The notes below the pieces were generated by a model that saw only the letters and a program-made list of their open reading frames with translations, searched no databases and was not told where the DNA came from. A stretch of 64,000 nt of DNA from Thalia democratica (Eukaryota), in contig OZ241833.1 of the NCBI GenBank assembly GCA_965202585.1, forward strand, positions 19,034,001 through 19,098,000, read 5' to 3'. This document shows, in pieces, positions 53,701 through 64,000 of the stretch (within the stretch, counting starts at the first letter, position 1; each line of letters starts with the position of its first letter). A program made the position numbers and the translations under genes.

Positions 53701-56700
53701 TTTATTCCTTTTAACTAAAAAAACAATCATACATGTTTTTTTTTTATTTTACGAAAAAAATGAAAAACTTTAAACAAACTAACTCTTCAACATGCACAAT
53801 ATAAAATGTTGCACCGGCTGCAGCTTCAAATGTGATAGTAACGCTGTCCGTAGTAATTGAAACTCTAGTTGGAGTACTTGAATTTGCAGGTTCTAAAAAC
53901 AATAAAATCACATCAAAAATATTTTACGCCTTCTTAAATTGATTAGGCTCTATGTAAAACTATGATTCATATGCTTACGCAGAAATATAAGAAGCGATTA
54001 GCTTTTTATTAAACCAGGTAATATTTTGTCAACTTACGAGTTATAGCGTTAATACAGTTCTCTTCTGTGAACTGCCTGACACCAACAGATACATCAGAAA
54101 CTGTTTTTCCAACTACACATAACTGGTATGAAACACCGGCTCGAATGCCATCTTCAAAGTCGAAAGTGTTGATCACGTTGCTAAAAAATTGTTTTTTAAA
54201 CTTATAGATTATTTAACAAAAAATGTTTGATTATATGATTAACTATGTTTAAACAATTATGTTTTAAAAATGTACCATAATAATTATACTATAACTTCAC
54301 TTTTAGCATAATGATTTAGTTTTAAACATTTAACCGACTTCGGTGTTTTACAATATGTTATAATTTAACTTTGTAAAAAAACATAAATATACAAAATTAA
54401 CATCTAACTTTCTTTTTACTGTAGCAATAACTGTATCTGACTGTTTGATAGTTACATCGTACTCATTTACACCTTTTGGTCTGTTTTTAATTAAAGTAAT
54501 AGAAGTCTGTGTCACAGAAACAGCATCCTCAGCAAATTGAACAGGCAACGGTCCTGTATTAATAGACAGGTGTTTTTAAAGATTTAAAATAAATAGTATA
54601 ACTTTTTTTTTCAGAATTAAATAGTCTTTAATATTAAACTATTGATATAAAGGGTTGCATTGAACAAAAAATAAAATTGAATAAGTATGTATACTAGTTT
54701 TTATAAAAATTTTATGCTGCATTACATTTTAATGAAAAATTAACAAATAAATAAGTCAAAATAATGTCTAAAACCTATAAGAAAACTAACTAGTTATTTG
54801 ATTTATAGTTTCTGATGGAATAGTACCCTGAATTTCACCAATAAAAGGCACTACGACTAAGTTGTAAACAGTTCCAGATTCTAAGTCGCTTGCTGTGAAC
54901 CCAACTTCCTCAACAACATCTTGGAAAACTTCACTGGTGCTATTTCTAAGTTGCACGGTGTAATTTGTGGCGTACTTAACTGGTTGCCAGTTAAAGGAAA
55001 TCGCATTCAAATCAACATCGATTGCTGTTACTCCTTCCGGCTGAGCAGGGCCTAAAACAAAATTAGTTTAATTTAAGTAGTCTTTGCTCAGAACCTCACT
55101 TTTCATTTAATAGCAGTAAAGTAGTGTTTTTTACCGATCGTTTTTAAATAACTTTAGTATTTGAATCAAAAATGTTTGAATTTAGAAAAATTTAAGAAGA
55201 TATCAACGCAACTTTTAATAAATAAAAGTTATAAACATTTTTTTAACTCTATACAAAGCTGTCGGTGTGTTAAGTATTGATTGATATTTAGATTACTTTA
55301 AAATAAATGTTTATACATTTTATAAGGTAAAACTGTGAATACCTGAAACTTGGGTTATGCTCTCACTGTAATTTCCAATTCCAGCAGAATAGACTGCCCT
55401 AACTGACAATTGGTAAGAAGTTGATGGTTGCACATCAAATTGACAGTTAAGCGAGTCTGATTCACACAAAAGCACGTCACCGGTTTCGCTGGTAGCACTA
55501 GCAATGTAAGATGTAGCACCGTCTACTGGGCTCCAAGTGATGTTTATCGAAGTTGAAGTTACACCAGTCACTTCTAAGCCTTGTGGGACTGCGAGTGCTA
55601 AAAGTTTTATGAAAAACGTTATTAGTTGTATAAACTTTTTTAAACACTTTGATTAGTTGATATTTGTTAGATATTTTTTTTTCATGACTGTATAAAAAAA
55701 TTTTAAACTTTTTTTCTTTAAGTTGCTTAATTTTTTTCAATTATAAGGTTTAGTTTAGGTTTAATTTAAAAATAGACTAACGTACTTGTTTATAAAAAGA
55801 AACTTGAGAATTATCGAAATAGCGTTTAAATTATAAAAAAATATCGTTTTGTTTATAAATAAAGCATCATTTATAAAGATTTTTTTCTCCTTTTATCGAC
55901 CATGATACGCTTCAGTATCTCGTAACAATTTAAATTATTTAATCAAGCCTATCATTAACACAACGTTTCCATTGTGCATGATGTTTAAAATTGAGTTGAA
56001 ACTGTTTGAAAAATTTAAATAGATCATTATTTTTAGTTCCTTATTTGAAACACGGTTTTGATTGTTAAAAAAGGGAACCTAATAAATCATACATACAACA
56101 ATTAATGACGTAGTAAGACAGTATAGTCTTTTGTTGCTATGTTTTACAAATTTGAAACTAACTGGTAGTAAACTGGGTGTCAACGTTGCCAGAGGTCAAC
56201 GAACTGCTGTCAAACAACTTAATAGCGTTCACAACTGCTCTGTATTCTGTACCGCTTTGCAGATTTATGAACGTGTAACTGGTGTCGTTGAGCACAACTT
56301 CATTCAAAAGTTCTTCCCCTCCGAACAAGGAAACACCGTATGAGGTTGCTCCGTAGGGACTTTCAAACGACAGTATGGTGAAGAAGTCAGATGAAACCGT
56401 TCTCAAATTCGTCGGATTATCAGGAACTGCATTTAAAAAAATATATATTATAGCTTTAATCTAGTGTATATTAGTTATTTATAAATAAAGCTAAGTAAAT
56501 AAACTTGTTTCATAAAAGTAAATACTAGTTTCAACATTATACGAAACAAACTTTAATAAGATTAAAATTTGAGTTCTTTAATAAATGTTATTCAACTTTA
56601 AAACTTCGTTTGCTTAGATGTAAAGTTTGTGTTAGTTTAAAAAAATTAATACTTAAGTAGTACTGATTAAAATTGTTCAAATATCAGCTTAGAGAATAAA

Positions 56701-59700
56701 TCAAAGGCTGTTCAAAGATACTAATTACGATTAAAATTCCAAAATCTTTTTATTATTATTTTATAATTAAAAATTGAAAACCTGTAATGTTATTGAAAGT
56801 CGCGATAGTTAAGTAATTTTTGATACTTTATCTTTACACTTAACAGTAAATATATAAATAACGAAAATGATTCAATTTTTTGTAAAAACTAGAAATCAAA
56901 AATGAAACTAGTTTATTAAAAAATACTCTTTCAACTGACGGTACTCATGTGTTAAGCATCTCAAATAATGCTTGCTAAGCTTAATTAGAAAAACATTTTG
57001 TTGACATATTTTTTGTATTTTAAAGTTTTATTGAATTAGTTTGTGATAGTTTGAAGTTTTAAACATTGTTAATACTAGTCTTATAAAACTTACAAATTAA
57101 TTATAGGACCTTGAAAATAGTTACACACTTATACTGTGCCAAGTATTATTAATAGTAAAGTAACCCATGGAAATAAGCAATACTTGAGGAAAAGTTAAGA
57201 TTTTTTAATCAAAGTCGCAAGGACTAACCAGTTGAAAAGGTGTTTGCTTCTCCGAAGTTACTCGAGGCACCTGAGCTGTAAACACCTCTTACTTGTACAC
57301 TATGGTTTGTTCCTCCAATTAAACCAACAACAGAACATTTCAACTCTGATGACAGGGAAGCTTCGCATTCGGCTAAAATAATATTATTTAATTATTACAC
57401 GTTTTATTAGCAAACAAAAACTTAAACTTTTACTTAAAAAAAATATATATCTTTTTTTTTTTAAAGTTAATTTAAGCTTATATTCATACTTTTGTATGTA
57501 AATATAATGTCAATAGCTGAAAGTTACATAAAAAGTGAGGAAAAGTAAGAGTACTTATTTTACTTGTTAAAGGCTGTTGTATTGAACCTTAAATGTAACG
57601 CATGATTGGGAATCAGGGCGTAGAACACATTTGAAAAATTTTAAATGTACAGCTAATCTTGCATGTAAGTATTTCGTAATTTTTTACATATATGAAAACC
57701 GGAAAATATTTGTTCAACTACTTGGTATTATATAATTTCAATGTTTTGTTTATTTTGTGCATATTAATAACCTAGTATTACGTTACATCCTATAAACTAG
57801 AACTCATGCTTTATCAAGCGCTTTAAGTTTAAATATTTTACATAAGCTAATTCAAAAGTAGTTACAGTAAAACAGCAACATAATCGAGCGACGTTTCAGT
57901 ATATTTACCTTCAGAAACGCGTGACTCTTCGCTTGATGATGCCCTTATGACGTAATGATGAACTCCCTCGTGAGGGTTCACCACACGCAGGTCAAAGCTG
58001 GAGTTGGTGGCAGCTTCCAACACCGCTGTTGCTTCAAACGGTTCTTGAACTGTATTTAATTGTTTGCTATTAGTTAACTTGGAAAGCTAATAATTTTTAC
58101 TACTTTTTTACTGTAAACAATATACAAATTCCCGTTGCTTAATTAGTTTGACTATCTAGTTTTAGTTAAAGGCTTAGTTTGTTTAGTTCTCGCTTAAAAA
58201 ATGTTTCATCTGTATAGTATTTTTGATTTGAATAAAGCTTTTCTTCAACTAATTGTATTTTAAAATAGACTCAGAAGTATATAAAATAAAATATAAACCA
58301 ACTTGTATATGTAATAAACGATTGTTCCAATCCAGAACCAAAATCGTTTTCGGCAATTATAACTATGGAGTACCTTGAACCACTTTCCAACCCTTCTATT
58401 GTAATGTTTTCAAACGAAGTATAATTTTCCTGAAGACAAATATTAATATTATGCACGAGTTAACATAGTTTATCTTTAAACGTTATACCGTAGCAAGAGA
58501 ATGTTTATGTAACTTAACATTGGTCAGACAAGAAAGAAAACTATACGGATATATATTTTTTATAATTAAGGATATTCAAGTAAAATGTTTTGATATCTTA
58601 GTTTTAATTAAAGCTGATATGTTTCTGCGCTTACAACTTTTTTACTACTTTGCTTTATCAGTTGAAACTTAAATAAGTTTATTAAAAACTTAAAACAAAA
58701 AATACTTTAGAAAACTAAGTAAAACGTTTGTCGAAGTAGCGTTTATTGTAATGTTTGTTCTGTATATATTTTTGGTTTACCAATGACCGAGAGTTCTTTT
58801 TATACACCTGCTCCTTTGACCTTCCTTATTAGCGTTAATTTCTTTTTATTTAGAAAAACACTTGAATTTATCTGCTTATTATTACTGGATTGTTTATAAC
58901 TATGCATAAAAATTTAATGCATTATTAAAAGTACGTTATATTTTTTTTACTATTTTTGAGTATTTATCCTTATAATTCATTGAAAAAATAAGTATTTTTA
59001 ACATAAAACAAATGACCGTTTACTTTAATTATTAATTTAAAGTAACGAATTAACAATAGTATATATATTTATTTGAAGTTTATCAGAAGGCATTAATATC
59101 CAAATGAGCATGAAAATATTTCCTTTATATAAAGCTTGTGTTGTTTTATTTTTGGCTCATTTTAACGTTAAAAAGTCACAAAAGCGCATTGGCAATTGTT
59201 GTTCATTGACATAAAACGTGATTTGATACATCGCTAAACTGTTTGAATAAAACTTATTATCTTATAAACTAGTATATTTCCTAGCTTTATAAGTTAACGA
59301 TAAACGTATTATAGAAGCAATTTATAACAAGTTAAAATTCGTCTAACTTTTGTCATTATAGTTTAAGAAATAAAATATATTTATAGACAGTTTTATAAAC
59401 TGTTGTTGATATCTACACTGCTATACAAAACAAAAGCTTTGATTTTAGCAATTTTAATTTATTAAGACAGGTTTTAAGTATCATATAAATGAATAGCTTC
59501 AGCTGTATATTTCGCTTACAATTAATTTAACAATTTTATGAAATATTTTTTTTTATAAAACCAGGTGTTATTTGCACCTGCTTACCTGAGAAACTCCGTT
59601 GGAAATATTCAACTTGTAATTAGTAGCTCCAAACACTGGGCTCCAAACGAAGCTTAAAGACGTGCTTGTTTGATTTGCAAGTGTGAAGTTTTGTACTCTT

Positions 59701-62700
59701 GCCGGCACTGATATGTTTAATATTTTAAAGCACTTAACTTATGCAAGTGTATACAATTTATTTTGAACAATTATTTATGTTTTACTAAAGAAAATAGTTA
59801 TTTTGAGAAAATAAATTTCTAATGAAGCACAACGTATTTGTATAGTTTAAAGAAAAACTGATTTAGTTAGTGTAAAATATTTTTATCATACGCACACGTT
59901 GTGAAATTAAATACTCCCGGGTTCGATATTGGGCCGTCTTGGTCAAAAGTAGCTACAGTCAGTGTGTAAGAAGTACCGCTTTCTAACAAAGAGAAACTTA
60001 TCGAGTTGGTCCTGCTAAAAACGGCACTTTCGGCAACCCTTCTTCCTGTGGATGCTTCCATCAGACGCAAATCGTATCCGCTGTTTTAAAAAACAAAATA
60101 TTTTATTGAAATATTACATCTATAAACAAATAAAGTGTATAAATGGTAAGTTACAACATTTTTGTTTAATCGTCATAAATTTTTCAAACATTGATAAAAA
60201 TTTTTGATTCAAAAATTAAAAATAAAAATAAAACATATGCACGAGTTTATAAAATATTTAGAACCAAAAATAAAGCTAAAGTTTAAATTTTCGAGCTAAA
60301 ACTAAAAAATTAATAACATTTGAAGCATAAACATTTACTTTCATATGGGAAATAAAGTTGATATTTTGTTTATATTTTTGTTTTCTTTTTTCTAAACTGT
60401 AGTTTAAAACAGAACGAAATAGATAAAGATACTTTAAAGTATTAGATAAAAAATATGCATTTACTTTATCAAAAAATCAAAAAAAAAAAAATTACAATAG
60501 AAGAGTTGCTGAACGTGGTGTTTCCCATTGTATTGTGATATCATTAGTAGTAATATTGGTTACACTGAATGAACTTGGATTTACTGCTCCTGTTGTAATA
60601 AACGTTGATACGTGACCATTTTATTCAAAATATATTTCAGTGTTTTATTTCACATAAAACAATCCAAGCGTAAAATAGCTTGGAATTTTCAAAGGTTAAA
60701 AAGCTTGACTTGTAAAATGATACATCAAAAAAGACAAATAAAAAATACTACTTGTTGAATTAACGATCGATACAACTGAGCTTCTTCCGAATTCTCCGAC
60801 TGCTTGTAAAGTGAAAGTAAATTCCTGCCCGCTCGGAAGTCCGGAAACCGAAAATGGGGAGTCAAAGACCGAGTAGTCGAGGTAAACATCGCTGCCCATA
60901 AGAACGGTGAAAGCGTACGAAACTGCATTCGGCTGCGGAGTGAACTCGAACTCCAGTGAGGAGCTCGTTCTTGCGATTGCCGTGAAGTTCATTACGTTTT
61001 GAGGAGCTGCAAAGTTTATTCAAGTTTAAAAACAAATTTTTAGTTAAAGTTAAGTTATAAAAACAACTACAGCCGCTTGATAAATGCATTTCAAATAGAA
61101 AAGAAAAACACGACACGAATTTTACATTCGTATACTAGGCTTGAGATTTTTTAAAAGGTTTTCAGATAAAGAATCGGCAACTTAAATCTTTATAAAACTT
61201 TCGTATCATTAAATTTGCATTAGTTATATAAATGTTTGTAAGTTAGATTTTGTTGTTTAAGTAAACCTTTTTTTATTGATACTTTTCGCTAACTACAAAC
61301 TGTTACTTTTACCATCATTTTTCGTGCAGAAACAAAGTTGCACTTTTTAGTTTATAGTTATATGTAGCCTTTTACTTTGGCAATAATATGATCTGAAAGC
61401 TTTAAAGACGCTTACCAGTTGTGAAAGTGACCACCTCTGAAGGTTCGCTTGCCGCCTGACCAATGTTTTCCTGGTCTATGCCTCTCACGGCAACCGTCAC
61501 GTTGTAAACGGTGCCTTCCTCCAAACCGGACAACTGAACTCGCTGCACGTCTTCTGATTGGTCAATTTCTCCGCTGACTTGGACGACGTCACTGGAAGAG
61601 GAGCGGGCCATCACCACATACGCGACGCTGCCTTCAGTTTGGTTAAACTGGACTTCGACGGAAGTTTGAGTGATGTTTTCGAGTTTGACGTTTGTGGGAG
61701 AGCTTGGTCCTTTAAAGAAGTATACAAATTGTTTTCGAACTCAACATTAAAATTATTAAATTTATTGTACCGTTTTTATACGTTAAAGCTTTTAAAATTT
61801 GTGTACTTTACTTGCAAATCATTAACCAAAACAGAGTTGTTTAGTTTAAAAATTTATAACAACGCTTTGTATTTAAACTTATTTTTAAAAAAATTAAATA
61901 AAATTGGAGTTTAAAGTTAACAAATCAAGGCTTTACTTGTTTGGAAATCAAAAGAAGCCTTGTCGCTTGACCCAGCTTCGTTAAAAGATGTGATTGACAG
62001 AGAGTAGTTTGTGCCTGCTCGTAAAGTGTCTTCAGTAAAATTGAAGCTTGTTGTTGTGAAAAACAAGCTGTTTGCATCATCGGCGTTCAGTGTGAAGTTA
62101 GCCAGAACTTCGCTTGCTGACTCAACAGTTAGAAAGTATGTGTCGGCTGATCTCACTGCAGGCCAAGAAAACTCTGCAGAATCGACTTCTACTCTTTCTA
62201 ATTGTACTGAGCTCGGTCTCGGTGGTGCTGTTTAGAAATTATTTAAAATGTTAAATAGTTTTTTTTATTAACAAAAAAGTAAAATACAACTCGAAATTTA
62301 AATTATTTATATATTTAGGTTGAATTAAGCCAACAATAAATAATTTTTACACCGTTTGAGCAGGTATCACGGTTAGTTCATAAAAAAATACTTTTAATCT
62401 TAAAAAAAAATTACTAACATTTGTACAGAAAATAAATCTAAAGACAAGATTTTGTGAAATAACTAAATTCATTACGATTTTTTTATTTTCTGAAAGAGTT
62501 TAATCTAAGAAAGACAGGTAATCGCAGAAATAGTCAACAAATACAATGAAACTACTGAAGCTCTTACAGTAAAACGAATAAGAACTTTAGTTAAAGTATT
62601 GACTTTTGAAATTGAAAAAGGTTACAGAGCTTTTATAAACTTTCTACAGTACTTTTTGTGTATGATTAGTTTTTTAATTGTCTTAACTTTTTTAAGATCA

Positions 62701-64000
62701 ATTTTAAACTATTTTTTTACTAATAAAATTTAAGAGAGTATTACAATATTTTTTTCGTTAAAATTTATTAGGGGTAAATATAAACAGTTTTAACAAAAGC
62801 TTTATAAAACAAAATGATCATAGAGGTTACACTATACTTACATGTGACTTGAGACACAGCAAGGACTCTTTCACTGTCGCCTGTGGAGTAACGAGCTGTT
62901 ACATAGACTGAATATTCGATTCCAGGCAACAGATCAAGTAAATTGAAGGTAGATGTGTTAGTTCTAAACGTCTAAAAAAACAAATCTTTTAAAAAACTAT
63001 ATTTATTAAAAAAATGACTTTTTTTATACTATATATATGTATTAAAATTTAAATTTTTAATAATATTTAGATTAAAAGGCTTAACTGTATGTTTAACGAT
63101 GAAAAATCAAGCTAACTTATATAAAACGAAATAACCTTCATCTGACTAAACTAATTAAAATTAAATATTTTTTCGAACAAAAAAAAAATTGTACTATAGA
63201 AACTTACAGTAAATAGGATGCTGCCGTTTTCAACATCTGCTGAATAATCAATAGCACCAGAGACCACTTCGAATAAGAGGTTGAAAGAGGTTTGCGTAAC
63301 ATCAGTCACAACAAAGTTAGACGGTTGAGGACGGTCTAAGATAAGGTTAGGTTATCATCAAAGTAAATATGTGTTTTAAATAAATATTTTTATAGTTGTT
63401 TTTATATTTAAGAAATTTTTAGCACTAATTTTTATTTTTTGTTTTAAATGTATTAAAAAGTTTGACGAATTTTTTTAATAGTTTTTTAAATGTAAAGTTT
63501 ATCAATAAATGTTTTCATTTGGATTAGTTGTTTAAAATGTACGAAATAATTTAACTTTATGAACTTATTTAAAGTACAACATTTTTATTCTTTGCTAAAA
63601 ATTAAAACAACTACTTTTTACGACTTTTTTATCAACATTTTAAATTTATCAATTTCCTACAAAGTAATCAAAAAAATAAATTGTAAAAAACTTTAAAACG
63701 ACTTAAATTATGCAGTCAGTAAAATATTGCACGCAAAAACCAACAACTAATATTGAAATTTACCAGTTTCGAAGTTTTCAGATATGCATCTTTCTCCTGC
63801 CGAGTTGACAGCACACACGGTAACAACGTACTCTGTTCCGTACAGCAAGTTTTCAAACGTGTAAGTTGGCATCCCGCGGAAAGTGTTGGTGCTTTCGACT
63901 TCTTCTAACGTGGTGGCAACCCTTAAAGTAACTCGGTAGTTGTCGACACCAATAACCTCGTCCCATTGTGACGCAACCGTGTTGTTAACCACGGTGAAGT
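41591..64000 (-). CDS. Giant single-pass membrane protein (FN3 array, SEA and Ca-binding EGF domains, TM, short tail); 5' end beyond the window
   Basis: 41 exons assembled by hand with GT-AG introns and consistent phases (7104 in-frame nt, 2367 aa plus stop): 63764-64000, 63208-63335, 62842-62971, 61937-62227, 61416-61709, 60752-61006, 60496-60589, 59896-60080, 59586-59707, 58303-58429, 57909-58049, 57229-57372, 56163-56426, 55343-55597, 54791-55051, 54409-54553, 54038-54180, 53784-53892, 53414-53568, 52939-53211, 52467-52757, 51954-52196, 51376-51550, 51092-51177, 50633-50843, 50172-50281, 49674-49775, 49033-49154, 48665-48903, 48256-48468, 47758-47930, 47260-47410, 47059-47153, 46721-46978, 46212-46395, 45409-45515, 45056-45232, 42349-42525, 42203-42278, 41852-41892, 41591-41712. 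Confidence 0.9.
42790..44965 (+). mobile_element. 5'-truncated CR1-clade LINE, antisense within an intron of the FN3/EGF gene
   Basis: [19 protein letters not shown]; [21 protein letters not shown]; LFADDTKIF; intact 236-aa C-terminal ORF at 43674-44384; 3' UTR ends in a (TAA)n tail at about 44937-44960; upstream stops and frameshifts. Confidence 0.9.
45409..46395 (-). CDS. Membrane-proximal SEA domain with GSVLV autoproteolysis-type motif
   Basis: [36 protein letters not shown]...[10 protein letters not shown]; GSVLV at 46214-46228. Confidence 0.8.
47758..49775 (-). CDS. Seven tandem EGF domains, mostly calcium-binding
   Basis: DVDEC/NVNEC/DIDEC starts and C.NT.GSF.C.C..G(F/Y).G.G..C pattern. 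Confidence 0.9.
49246..49414. repeat. Perfect 40-bp inverted repeat with an 89-bp spacer (foldback/MITE-like), intronic
   Basis: 49246-49285 is the exact reverse complement of 49375-49414. Confidence 0.9.
50172..50843 (-). CDS. First SEA-like domain (two exons)
   Basis: SFTLEV...[28 protein letters not shown]...[13 protein letters not shown] matches the SEA pattern; lacks GSVVV. Confidence 0.7.
51092..64000 (-). CDS. FN3 array (at least 17 fibronectin type III domains) of the membrane protein
   Basis: Repeating P..P..L....T..S..(W/F)..V.GA..Y...L.PGT.Y...V.A....G.S pattern; every domain boundary is a phase-1 intron. Confidence 0.9.

Noticed and set aside
58770-58850. Possible extra FN3 exon in the 1.15-kb intron
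   Set aside because: No FN3 pattern, stops nearby in all frames, and the flanking exons already join in phase 0 into a complete domain.
41591-64000. Gene symbols such as PTPRQ/PTPRB, USH2A, UMODL1, FBN or TNX
   Set aside because: No phosphatase, laminin, ZP, TB or fibrinogen domains in the window; shared domains alone do not establish orthology.
1-64000. CRISPR arrays, tRNA or rRNA genes, non-canonical introns
   Set aside because: No regularly spaced repeats or cloverleaf seen by eye; all inferred introns are GT-AG. tRNAscan-SE and Infernal would confirm.

Overview
AT-rich metazoan genomic DNA with canonical GT-AG introns; an invertebrate chordate such as a tunicate is my inference, not something the sequence proves. 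Three host genes are supported. (1) Coding exon 1 of a Tlx/Hox11-class homeobox gene (minus, 3220-4279; Eh1 FSINQIL and FPWMES motifs); the homeobox exons were not found and presumably lie left of the window. About 16 kb of upstream noncoding DNA carries GC-enriched candidate enhancer islands. (2) A two-coding-exon secreted prepropeptide gene (plus, 33826-34749, 143 aa) that the ORF track only partly catches; the C-terminal peptide after its KR site resembles the N-terminus of parathyroid-hormone-family peptides. (3) The last 41 exons (at least 2367 aa, minus, 41591 to beyond 64000) of a giant type I membrane protein: at least 17 FN3 - SEA - 7 EGF - SEA-like - 2 EGF - SEA (GSVLV) - 4 EGF - TM - 11-aa tail. 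The 20.6-45 kb interval is rich in decayed mobile elements: a Gypsy element with a diverged LTR pair, a Penelope-like GIY-YIG fragment, two CR1/L2-type LINE fragments, hAT-type MITE pieces, a SINE-like family and a possible 3.1-kb TIR element. No rRNA, tRNA or CRISPR array was supportable.
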